DNA of 20,484 bases from Gemmatimonadota bacterium (lineage in GTDB: Bacteria; Gemmatimonadota; Gemmatimonadetes; Longimicrobiales; RSA9), in NCBI GenBank assembly GCA_040905425.1, contig JBBDRO010000031.1:1-20484 (forward strand), read 5' to 3'. The position numbers were made by a program, and so were the translations under genes. Positions within the stretch are counted from its first letter, which is position 1; each line of letters starts with the position of its first letter. The notes under the pieces are model-generated. The model saw only the letters and a list, made by a program, of their open reading frames with translations. It searched no databases and was not told where the DNA came from. Positions 1 through 8,577 of the stretch are shown one piece after another.

Positions 1-104
1 CTTACCCGATTCTTGCACGCCCCCCGGCCGGCGGACTTTCGTGCGGGCCCCGCGGGCGCGATGATTCCGTCCTCGACCCTGAGCGCACCCGGAGAACGGA
101 CGGC

Positions 105-2012
105 ATGACCTGGAACAAGCAGGAGGCCCTGGACCTCTACAACGTGGAGGGCTGGGGGATCGGCTACTTCGGCATCAATGACAAGGGCCACGTCACGGTG
201 CACCCCTCGCGGGAGACCGAGCGCGGCCTGGACCTCTTCGACCTGTCCATGGATCTGGAGCAGCAGGGCGTGGGTCTGCCGCTCCTGCTCCGTTTCAGTG
301 ACATCCTGCGCGCGCGCATTGCCACGCTGACGGAGCGCTTCCAGGCCGCCATCGAGGAGTACGAGTTCACCGGCGAGTATACCACGGTCTACCCGATCAA
401 GGTGAACCAGCAGCGCCACGTGGTGGAGGAGATCGTGGCCTTCGGCCAGGAGCACGGCGTGGGGCTGGAGGTGGGCAGCAAGCCCGAGCTGCAGGCGGTG
501 CTGGCCATGAACGAGCGCACGGACCACCTGATCGTGTGCAACGGCTACAAGGACGAGGAGTACATGCGGCTGGCCCTGATCGGCCAGAAGCTGGGCCACA
601 AGGTGCTCATCGTGCTGGAGAAGATCGGGGAGGTGGACACGCTGCTGAAGGTGGCCGACTCCATGGACGTGATCCCCACGGCGGGCGTGCGCGTCAAGCT
701 GTCCACGCACGGCGCGGGCAGGTGGTCCCAGTCGGCCGGCGAGAAGAGTAAGTTCGGACTGAACTCCGCGCAGCTCATGCGCGTGCTCGAGCGGCTCGAG
801 TCGGTGGGGCGGCTGGACGCCCTGCAGATGGTGCACTTCCACCTGGGTTCGCAGATCCCCGACATCCGCAACATCAAGATGGCCATGACCGAGGTGGCGC
901 GCTTCTACGTGGAGCTGCGGCAGATGGGCGTGGACATCCAGTACGTGGACGTGGGGGGCGGGCTGGGCGTGGACTACGACGGCTCGCGCTCCACCGCGCA
1001 GGCCAGCGTGAACTACTCCATGCAGGAATATGCCAATGACGTGATCTACACGCTGGCCGAGGCGTGCCGGGAGAACGAGGTGCCCATGCCTCACGTCATC
1101 TCGGAATCGGGACGGGCGCTGACGGCGCATCACGCGCTGCTGCTGGTCAACGTCATCGATCTGGAGACGCAGGCGCCGGACCCTCCGGCGGAGGTGCCGG
1201 AGGATGCCCATTCGGTGGTGCACGAGCTTTACGAGACGTACCAGGAGGCCAGCCGCTACGAGCCCGGGGAAACGCGTGGCCTGCGGGAACTCTACCACGA
1301 CGCGGCCTTTGCCAAGGACCAGATGCAGGCGCTCTTCAACAGCGGCGTGCTGCCGCTGGCCGAGCGGGCGCTGGCCGAGCGCTTCCACCTGGCGGCCATG
1401 AATCGCATCCACGAGATGGCGGCGGCGGATCCGGACGAGTTCGACGACATCATACCGGACGTGGAGGCCATCCTCACGGACCGCTACTTCTGCAACTTCT
1501 CCCTGTTCCAGAGCCTGCCGGATTCGTGGGCCATCGACCAGCTCTTTCCGATTATGCCCATCCACCGGCTGAACGAGCAGCCCACGCGCTACGGCACGCT
1601 GCAGGACGTGACGTGTGACTCGGACGGCAAGATCGACCTGTTCATCGGCTGGCGCGAGCCCAAGCGGGCGCTCGAGCTGCACGCCTTCGAGCACGGCCAG
1701 CCCTACATCCTGGGCATCTTCCTGACGGGGGCGTACCAGGAGATCCTGGGCGACCTGCACAACCTCTTCGGGGACACCAACGCCGTGCACATCCGCCTCT
1801 CGGAGGACGGCTACGAGATCGGCGACCTGGTGCACGGGGATACGATCACGGAGGTGCTGGACTACGTGCAGTTCGACGCGCGCGAGCTCATTGCCACCTT
1901 CCGCCGCAAGGTGCAGAAGGCGGGGCTCAGCCGCGCGGAGGCCAACGCGTTCATTGCCGACTATGTCGAGGGTCTGGCGGGCTACACGTACCTCGAGGGA
2001 GAGCTGACCTGA
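105..2012 (+). CDS. speA: Biosynthetic arginine decarboxylase (PLP-dependent, fold type III)
   Basis: 635 aa; PLP-lysine motif VYPIKVNQ, GLEVGSKPEL, CNGYKD, HFHLGSQI, DVGGGLGVDYDG, ESGRA, YFCNFSLFQSLPDSWAIDQLFPIMPIHRL, DVTCDSDG, GAYQEILGDLHNLFG; GGAG RBS at about 91-94. Confidence 0.97.
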   Translation: MTWNKQEALDLYNVEGWGIGYFGINDKGHVTVHPSRETERGLDLFDLSMDLEQQGVGLPLLLRFSDILRARIATLTERFQAAIEEYEFTGEYTTVYPIKVNQQRHVVEEIVAFGQEHGVGLEVGSKPELQAVLAMNERTDHLIVCNGYKDEEYMRLALIGQKLGHKVLIVLEKIGEVDTLLKVADSMDVIPTAGVRVKLSTHGAGRWSQSAGEKSKFGLNSAQLMRVLERLESVGRLDALQMVHFHLGSQIPDIRNIKMAMTEVARFYVELRQMGVDIQYVDVGGGLGVDYDGSRSTAQASVNYSMQEYANDVIYTLAEACRENEVPMPHVISESGRALTAHHALLLVNVIDLETQAPDPPAEVPEDAHSVVHELYETYQEASRYEPGETRGLRELYHDAAFAKDQMQALFNSGVLPLAERALAERFHLAAMNRIHEMAAADPDEFDDIIPDVEAILTDRYFCNFSLFQSLPDSWAIDQLFPIMPIHRLNEQPTRYGTLQDVTCDSDGKIDLFIGWREPKRALELHAFEHGQPYILGIFLTGAYQEILGDLHNLFGDTNAVHIRLSEDGYEIGDLVHGDTITEVLDYVQFDARELIATFRRKVQKAGLSRAEANAFIADYVEGLAGYTYLEGELT

Positions 2013-2050
2013 GACGGCGTTGCCGCCGCCGGGCAGGAGGAGGATCCATC

Positions 2051-2596
2051 ATGCAAGCCAGACAGCCCTTCGTACTTGTGGCCTGCGCCCTGCTGACGCT
2101 GGCCGCCTGTGAGGGGGCGCCCGAACCGGCAGCCGACCCCGCCCCGCCCGCCCCCGCGGGCGAACTCGATGGCGTCACCTTCGATACCGCCTCCGCGCGG
2201 GTGCTGACGGACACGGACACCCTCCCCATCACGGTGGAACTGGCGGCCACCGAGGCCCAGCGCGCCTACGGCCTCATGGATCGGGAATCGCTGCCGGAGG
2301 ACCACGGCATGCTCTTCACCTACGGGGCGGAGCAGCCGGGCAGCGCGGGCTTCTGGATGTATCGCACGCTGATCCCCCTGGACATTGCGTTCCTGGACGG
2401 GGACGGCCGCATCGTGGCCGTCCTGCAGATGGACCCCTGCCGCAGCGCGGACCCCGCGCAGTGCCGGGTGGCCACGTACGCGCCGGGCGTGCCCTACCGG
2501 AGTGCCCTGGAGATGGCGCGCGGCTGGTTCGCGGTGCGCGGGGTCGGCGTGGGGGACCAGGTGGTCGCGCCGGGGGTATCCGGAACGGGCAGCTGA
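2051..2596 (+). CDS. DUF192-family lipoprotein
   Basis: Motifs VELAAT..QRAYGLMDR, GMLFTY, FWMYRTLIPLDIAFLD, ALEMARGWF..GVGVGD are typical of DUF192; lipobox LAAC (Cys20); strong AGGAGG RBS upstream. Confidence 0.9.
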   Translation: MQARQPFVLVACALLTLAACEGAPEPAADPAPPAPAGELDGVTFDTASARVLTDTDTLPITVELAATEAQRAYGLMDRESLPEDHGMLFTYGAEQPGSAGFWMYRTLIPLDIAFLDGDGRIVAVLQMDPCRSADPAQCRVATYAPGVPYRSALEMARGWFAVRGVGVGDQVVAPGVSGTGS

Positions 2597-2642
2597 GCGG
2601 GAGCGCGGCGGCCGTACGGCTCCCCCGACATTGGAGATCCCC

Positions 2643-3215
2643 ATGCGCCATCGGGCTCTGATCCTGATCGTCACGACCGGCATGACGCTGGCCGCCGTGC
2701 CCCCTGCGGTTGCCCAATCGGCCGGCTCCCCCCTCCACGCCGATCGCGCCGCCAGCTCCCTGGTGCACGGCCCATCCCCTGTGCTTGGCCAACAGGCCAG
2801 GAACGCGTACGTGGCGCCGCCCCCACCCCTGGCCGGCATGGCGGAGGACAGCGCCGCGGCTGACCCGGACCTGATCATGGCGGCGTTCCTGGGGGCCGTG
2901 GGTGGCATGGCGCTCGGCGCCTGGATCGGCCCCGAACTCGGCAACCAGGAGTCGCTCGGGCGGCTGGCCGGATTCGTATTTGGCATGCTGGCCGGCTCCG
3001 CCGTGGGGCCTCCCCTGGCCGTGCACCTGGCCAACGACCGGCGCGGCTCCCTGGCGCAGGGCATCGGGGCCGGGGTCGTGGTGGCCGCGGCTGGGATCGG
3101 TGGCGTGGCCCTCACGCATAGTGTCATACCGCTGTTGATCGTACCCGCGGTGCAGATGGGGGTGGCGGTCTCGGTGGAGCGGCGGACATCCCCGCCGGCG
3201 GAGGGTGGCGGCTAG
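2643..3215 (+). CDS. Hypothetical exported/membrane protein with Gly/Ala-rich hydrophobic helices
   Basis: Internal ATG of ORF 2385..3215 at 2643 with GGAG just upstream; Sec-type signal (MRHRALILIVTTGMTLAAVPPAVA), then about 4 small-residue-rich hydrophobic segments. Confidence 0.7.
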   Translation: MRHRALILIVTTGMTLAAVPPAVAQSAGSPLHADRAASSLVHGPSPVLGQQARNAYVAPPPPLAGMAEDSAAADPDLIMAAFLGAVGGMALGAWIGPELGNQESLGRLAGFVFGMLAGSAVGPPLAVHLANDRRGSLAQGIGAGVVVAAAGIGGVALTHSVIPLLIVPAVQMGVAVSVERRTSPPAEGGG

Positions 3216-3218
3216 GCG

Positions 3219-3731
3219 CTAGCGCTTCCTGCGGGTCTTCCTGGGCTCCTTCCGCGCGGGTTCCGGCTCCTCCTCCTTCTCCACCAGGATCGTCCCCCTG
3301 CAGTTGTCCGCGCCGCAGGCGCACGGGTAGAGCGCCCGGGCCTCCTCGTCGTGCTCGTCTTCCAGCTCGAAGTTGTAGTCGTAGGTGAGTTCCTCCCCCG
3401 GATAGATGGTGCGCATGGCCTCGATGAAGATGCGGCCATCCTCGTCCACCGCCTCGCAGTTCGGATCGCAGGAGTGGTTGATCAAGGACGCCTCGTTGCC
3501 TTCCCGGCCGCCGTCGATCACGGTCTCTTCGTCCACGCTGAAGAGGAACGTGTGGTGGCGCTCCATCTCATCGTCGGGGTAGCGCTCCTCCGCCTCCTCG
3601 TGGGAGATGCGCTCTCCCAGGTACTCGATGACACGCGTCCCCTTGCGAATCTGGTGGATGGCAAAGGCGCCCCGGCCCTGGATTGCGGAGCCGCGGATGA
3701 TGAAGGGCAGTTCCCGCTGGTGTCGAGCCAT
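3219..3731 (-). CDS. SET-domain protein-lysine methyltransferase with post-SET zinc motif
   Basis: SAIQGRGAFA, IEYLGE, INHSCDPNC, GEELTYDY, post-SET CACGADNCRG. Start placed at ATG 3731 (Met35 of ORF 3219..3833) because the upstream extension looks non-coding. Confidence 0.93.
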   Translation of the reverse strand: MARHQRELPFIIRGSAIQGRGAFAIHQIRKGTRVIEYLGERISHEEAEERYPDDEMERHHTFLFSVDEETVIDGGREGNEASLINHSCDPNCEAVDEDGRIFIEAMRTIYPGEELTYDYNFELEDEHDEEARALYPCACGADNCRGTILVEKEEEPEPARKEPRKTRRKR

Positions 3732-3909
3732 CGTTCCGTAATGCTTGTAAGGTGACCGGCCGCCGCACGAGCCGGACGGGCCGCGGCGGCGGCGCAGATT
3801 AGGGGCCGCGGGTCCCGCGCACCAGCCCTCCATGGCCTGGGTCCGCCTGCACGGCGGCTACGCCCCCTTGGCCCACGGCCCGGCACACAGCATGCACCAC
3901 GGGCGCCTC

Positions 3910-4851
3910 ATGATGAAATGGTATTTCGCGGGCATGGTTCTGCTGGCCCTGGCGCTGGCCGCGGCGCTGGGGCTCGTGGACGCGACCGACGGGACGGCGG
4001 ATGCCCCCCCACGGGCGCCGGGAGCCTCTGCCGTGGCAGATACGACGCGGGCGGATGCCTGCACGGTGGTCCGGCCGCCGACGCGCCTTGCGCGTGACGT
4101 CCGGGAGACGAGCGGGCTGGCGCTCGGCGCGGCGGGCGTGCTGTGGACCCACAACGATGCCGGTGGCCGGCCGGAACTCTACGGCTTCGATACCGCTGGC
4201 CGGCTGGTGGCGCACGTGGCGGTCACGGGCGCCCGGCTCACGGACTGGGAAGACATGGACGCGGCGCCGTGCGGCCAGGGAGCCTGCCTGTTCATCGGGG
4301 ACATCGGTGACAATGACGGCGTGCGCGACCACGTCACCATCTACCGGGTCCCCGAGCCGGAGAGCGGCCAGGAAGCCGTGCCCGCCACGGCCTACCACGC
4401 GCGCTACCCCGAGGGGCCGCAGGATGCGGAAGGCCTGATCGCCACCCCCGGCGGTGACCTCTTCATCCTCACGAAGGGGGCGCACGGGCCGGTCCGCCTC
4501 TACCGCATGCCGCGCAACCGGCAGGCGGGAGCCCTCCATCCGTTGGAGCTGGTGCGCGACGTGGCGCCGCGGCCGAACCGGAGGGGCAATCAGGTGAGCG
4601 CGGCCACCGCCAGCCAGGACGGCCGCTGGGCCGCCTTCCGCACCTACGACACCCTCTACTTCTTCGCGGCCGACGCGCTGTTCGGGTCGGCGCCCGCCGC
4701 GCCGGCCGCCACCTTCGATCTGCGGCCGCTGGGTGAGCCGCAGGGTGAGGCCCTGGCCCTCGGTACGGGGGGCGCGGTATGGCTCACGAGCGAGGCCGAA
4801 GGTGGCGGAGAACCCTTTCTCACCGGGCTTTCCTGTCCCTACGGAGGCTGA
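3910..4851 (+). CDS. Secreted beta-propeller protein (phytase/esterase-like or SdiA-regulated-like), function unknown
   Basis: Signal peptide MMKWYFAGMVLLALALAAA; repeated blade-like motifs ETSGLA, LWTHNDAG, DWEDM, IGDIGDN, DAEGL, QGEAL. Start chosen at ATG 3910 (ORF track starts at 3832). Confidence 0.72.
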   Translation: MMKWYFAGMVLLALALAAALGLVDATDGTADAPPRAPGASAVADTTRADACTVVRPPTRLARDVRETSGLALGAAGVLWTHNDAGGRPELYGFDTAGRLVAHVAVTGARLTDWEDMDAAPCGQGACLFIGDIGDNDGVRDHVTIYRVPEPESGQEAVPATAYHARYPEGPQDAEGLIATPGGDLFILTKGAHGPVRLYRMPRNRQAGALHPLELVRDVAPRPNRRGNQVSAATASQDGRWAAFRTYDTLYFFAADALFGSAPAAPAATFDLRPLGEPQGEALALGTGGAVWLTSEAEGGGEPFLTGLSCPYGG

Positions 4852-4872
4852 GCGTCCCATGCGGCAGAGGTC

Positions 4873-5946
4873 TTGCATGGGGAGGGCCGCTGTCACGTAT
4901 CAGAAAACCCGAACCCAGCAGCGCATTTGACGCGGAATCGAACCCACGCAGGCCGCCGGCCCAGGCACGTGCCGATCATCCGGTTCCTCGGGTACTACGC
5001 AGCGCTCGTGGGCGTAGCCGCCCTGCTGGCCACGTTCGTGCCGGCCGTGCAGCGCGCCTTCGTCTCGCCCATCGTGGTCCCGGGGATCGGCATGGACGCG
5101 GGCGCGCTGCTGGAGCCTGGCGCGCCGCTCACCGGCACACCGGCGGTGGCGCCAGGCCCATTCGGCGGCAGCCTGGAGCGCGCCCTGACCACGGCGCTCG
5201 TCAGTCTGGGCCTGCTCGCGCTCATCATGCCCGTGTCGTGGGTGTACATGTACACGCGGCGCTTCCGCTACGACCGGGCGCTCGTCCAGTCCATCATCAT
5301 CCTGCCGCTCGTGGTGGCCGGCATGGTGATGATCGTCAAGAACAGCCTGGCGCTGGCGTTCAGCCTGGCCGGCATCGTGGCCGCCGTACGTTTCCGCAAC
5401 ACGCTGAAGGACCCACGGGACGCCGTCTACATCTTCCTCTCGCTGGGGCTCGGACTGGCCGCCGGCGTGCAGGCGCTGGACATCGCGCTGGTGATGTCCC
5501 TCTCCTTCAACCTGGTGGTGCTGCTGCTCTGGCGCGTCAACTTCGGCGCGGTCTACAGCGGCGAGGAGGGCACGGGCGGCATGCTGGCCATCGGGGATCC
5601 CGGCCTGCGCCAGGCGCACACGCCGGACGCACGGCGGAAGCTCGTGGAGAGCTACGCGGAGGCTGCCCGTGACATCAAGGCGGACGGCATACTGCTGGCG
5701 TACGGCGTGGAGCCAGGCGCCGCGCGCACGGCCATCGAATCCGCCATCAGCGGCCTGGGCAAGGACTGGGTCTTCGTGGAACCCACGGCTGGGCACCACG
5801 GCGTGATCATGCTGCCCGCGCTGATCCGCTTCAAGAAGAAGGCATCACCCACTGACCTGCTGGCCGAGCTGGACGAGTACTGGGCCAGCCACGTGGCGGC
5901 CGCCGAGTACGTGCCTTTCACAACCGACGAGTATGACCGCAAATAG
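4873..5946 (+). CDS. DUF4956-domain inner-membrane protein
   Basis: Signature NSLALAFSLAGIVAAVRFRNTLKDPRDAVYIFLSLGLGLAAG; about 6 TM segments plus a soluble C-terminal alpha/beta domain. Start uncertain (TTG 4873; GTG 4969 is a plausible alternative). Confidence 0.88.
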   Translation: MHGEGRCHVSENPNPAAHLTRNRTHAGRRPRHVPIIRFLGYYAALVGVAALLATFVPAVQRAFVSPIVVPGIGMDAGALLEPGAPLTGTPAVAPGPFGGSLERALTTALVSLGLLALIMPVSWVYMYTRRFRYDRALVQSIIILPLVVAGMVMIVKNSLALAFSLAGIVAAVRFRNTLKDPRDAVYIFLSLGLGLAAGVQALDIALVMSLSFNLVVLLLWRVNFGAVYSGEEGTGGMLAIGDPGLRQAHTPDARRKLVESYAEAARDIKADGILLAYGVEPGAARTAIESAISGLGKDWVFVEPTAGHHGVIMLPALIRFKKKASPTDLLAELDEYWASHVAAAEYVPFTTDEYDRK

Positions 5947-8575
5947 GTCCGGCCACGGCTGGCGGGCCGCGTTGCTGTGCCTGGCCGGCGCGTGGCTCAC
6001 GACCCTCCCCGCCACCGCCCAGAAGCAGGACAGGCCCACCGCCGTGGCGGTGGCCGGGCCACAGTACGAGGCTCGGGCACTGCAGCGCCTGCTGCTGGGC
6101 GGCAACTGGCGTGTGCTCTGGACCACGCCGGTGCGTGTGCCCGTCCTGGACCTGGGCACGTACGCCGGCGGACTGGAGCCGTTCGAGGAGGGCGGCCGGC
6201 AGAGCAGGACGCTCCATTTCCGGACCCCGGACGAGCGGCGCTACATCTTCCGCTCGGTGGGCAAATACCTGCACCGGGAAGCCCTGCCGCCAGCGGTCCG
6301 CCATACGCTGATGGGGGACGTGATCCAGGACGGCATCAGCATGCTGTTGCCCGGCGTGGGCCTGATCATGGCTCCCCTGCAGGAAGCGGCCGGCGCGCTG
6401 CACAGCCCCTCCGAATTCGTGGTGATGCCGGATGACCCGCGCCTCGGCGAGTGGCGGGAGACGTTCGCCGGCATGCTCGGGCAGATCGAGGAGAACCCCG
6501 ACGAACTGCCGGATGACGAGCCGGGCTTCGCGGGCTCCCGCAAGGTGGTCAAGGCCGCGAGCATGCTGGAGCGGTTGGACGAATCCACGGAGCACCGGCT
6601 GCACAGCCGGGATTACCTGGCCCTCCGCCTGGTCGATTTCCTGGTCAACGATACGGATCGCGGCGGCGACCAGTGGAAGTTCGCCCGCTTTCCCGAGGGT
6701 GACCGATACGTGTGGCGTCCCGTGCCGCGCGACCACGACTTCGCGCTGCTGAAGTCGGGCGGGCTGTTCGGCTTCATCGCGCAACTGGGCTATCCAAAGC
6801 TGAGCTCCCTGGACGATGACTTTCCGTCACTGAAGACGCTCACCTTCATGACGCGGGACATGGACCGCCGCCTGCTGGCGGACATCCCCCGGCCGGCGTG
6901 GGACAGCGTGGTGAGCTCGCTGCAGACCGCGCTCACCGATGACGTCCTGGCCGCCTCCATCGGCCGCCTGCCAGCGGAGTACCAGCCGCACACCGGTGGT
7001 CTGGTGGCCACCCTCCGCGCGCGCCGGGACCGCCTCCATGAGGTGGCCGACGAATTCTACGCCATGGTGGCCACCGAGGCGGATGTCTTCACCACCGACG
7101 AGCCGGAGCGGGCCCGCGTGGAGCGCCTCGGCGATGGCGCCGTGAACGTAACGGTCACCAGCATCGAACACCCCGACCGAACGGTCTTCGAACGGCGCTT
7201 CGTACCCGGTGAGACCCGCGAGATCCGCCTCTTCATGCGCGGCGGAGACGACGAAGTCCTGGTCCACGGCTCGCCGGCTGAGGGCATCAAGCTGCGCGTC
7301 GTCGGCGGGGACGGGGCCGACGTGCTGGCGGATTCCGTGGCCGCCTCCAGCGGCGCCGCCACGACCCTGTATGCGGACGAGGATGACCGGGTGAGCGCTG
7401 CTGACGGCACCGAGGTGGACCGGCGGCCGTTCGAGCACACCGCGCCCGGCCGGCCGGAGGACCTCTACGGCATGTGCTGCGGTGAGGAGCCGGGGGACGA
7501 GGACCTGGAGGGCCAGGCCGGCAACGAGGACGTTGAGCGCAGGCTGGCCGGCGCGCGCTACCGCGACTGGGGCTCCACCGGCGGCTTCGGCCCCGTGGTC
7601 CAGCACCGCAGCGGGGTGGGCATCGTGTTGGGGGTGGCGCACACCCGCACGAGCTTCGGCTTCCGCCACGTACCGCACGAGTACACCATCGAGGCGCGGG
7701 CGCTCTATGGCGTGGAGAGCGGCAAGTTCGGAGCAGAATTGTTCGCGCAGTACCGCCCGGAGAACGCCTCGTGGGGGCTGGAGGCCGACGCGCACGCGTG
7801 GCAGTTCGAGTCCTTCCGCTTCTTCGGCTACGGCAATGACACGCCGGAGGACCTCACGGGCACTCGCGTCCATCGCGATGATGTGCTGCTGCGGCCCGCG
7901 CTCTTCTGGGAACGTGCCGCGGGGCGGCTCTCGGTGGGTCCCGTGGCCCGGTACGGGAAGCTGCGCTACGACGAGGGCAGCCTGATCGCGGGGGAGCAGC
8001 CGCTGGGCAGCGCTGCGTTGGGCCAGGTGGGCGCCTGGAGCCGGGCCGAACTGGCCATCGGCCCGCTGTCCGAAGCGCGCCCGGGCGGCATGCGCGTCGA
8101 ACTGGAGGGGGCGGGCTATCCCGCCGCGTGGGACGTGCCCGACGCCTTCAGCCGGATCGGCGGGCTGGTGCACGCCTTCCTGCCCGTGCCGGGTGCCGGC
8201 GCCACCTTCCTGGTCGTGCGGGGCGGCGGCGAGAAGCTCTTCGGCGATTTCCCGGTGCACGAGGCGGCGTTCCTGGGCGGCCGGCACACCCTGCGGGGCT
8301 ACGCCACGGACCGCTTTGCCGGGGATGCATCACTCTACGGCAGCACCCAGTTGCACGTGCCCCTGGGCACCATCGAGCTGCTCGTGCGCGGCCAGCTGGG
8401 CGCGTTCGGGCTGGCGGACGCCGGACGGGTGTACGTGGACGGCGCCTCGCCCGGCGGATGGCACACGGCGTTCGGCGGCGGGCTGCGCTTTGCCTCGCTG
8501 GGCCGGGCGGTCAGCGTGAGCTACGTGCAGGGTGAGGGCCGCCGCGTCTACCTGCGCATGGGACTGCCGTTCTGA
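5933..8575 (+). CDS. Omp85 (BamA/TamA superfamily) outer-membrane protein with N-terminal atypical-kinase-like domain
   Basis: Signal peptide; C-terminal barrel with the LGGRHTLRGY lid motif and terminal aromatic (..RMGLPF); N-terminal DFLVNDTDRGGDQW...PVPRDHDFAL resembles catalytic and Mg-binding loops of PI3/4K/HipA/CotH-type kinases; GGD(G)xD beta-roll-like linker. Overlaps the upstream CDS by 14 bp. Confidence 0.82.
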   Translation: MTANRSGHGWRAALLCLAGAWLTTLPATAQKQDRPTAVAVAGPQYEARALQRLLLGGNWRVLWTTPVRVPVLDLGTYAGGLEPFEEGGRQSRTLHFRTPDERRYIFRSVGKYLHREALPPAVRHTLMGDVIQDGISMLLPGVGLIMAPLQEAAGALHSPSEFVVMPDDPRLGEWRETFAGMLGQIEENPDELPDDEPGFAGSRKVVKAASMLERLDESTEHRLHSRDYLALRLVDFLVNDTDRGGDQWKFARFPEGDRYVWRPVPRDHDFALLKSGGLFGFIAQLGYPKLSSLDDDFPSLKTLTFMTRDMDRRLLADIPRPAWDSVVSSLQTALTDDVLAASIGRLPAEYQPHTGGLVATLRARRDRLHEVADEFYAMVATEADVFTTDEPERARVERLGDGAVNVTVTSIEHPDRTVFERRFVPGETREIRLFMRGGDDEVLVHGSPAEGIKLRVVGGDGADVLADSVAASSGAATTLYADEDDRVSAADGTEVDRRPFEHTAPGRPEDLYGMCCGEEPGDEDLEGQAGNEDVERRLAGARYRDWGSTGGFGPVVQHRSGVGIVLGVAHTRTSFGFRHVPHEYTIEARALYGVESGKFGAELFAQYRPENASWGLEADAHAWQFESFRFFGYGNDTPEDLTGTRVHRDDVLLRPALFWERAAGRLSVGPVARYGKLRYDEGSLIAGEQPLGSAALGQVGAWSRAELAIGPLSEARPGGMRVELEGAGYPAAWDVPDAFSRIGGLVHAFLPVPGAGATFLVVRGGGEKLFGDFPVHEAAFLGGRHTLRGYATDRFAGDASLYGSTQLHVPLGTIELLVRGQLGAFGLADAGRVYVDGASPGGWHTAFGGGLRFASLGRAVSVSYVQGEGRRVYLRMGLPF

Positions 8576-8577
8576 GC

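Noticed and set aside
3219..3250. RKTRRKR as a nuclear localisation signal implying a host-targeted effector
   Set aside because: No secretion signal or secretion-system genes in the window; basic tails are common in GC-rich bacteria.
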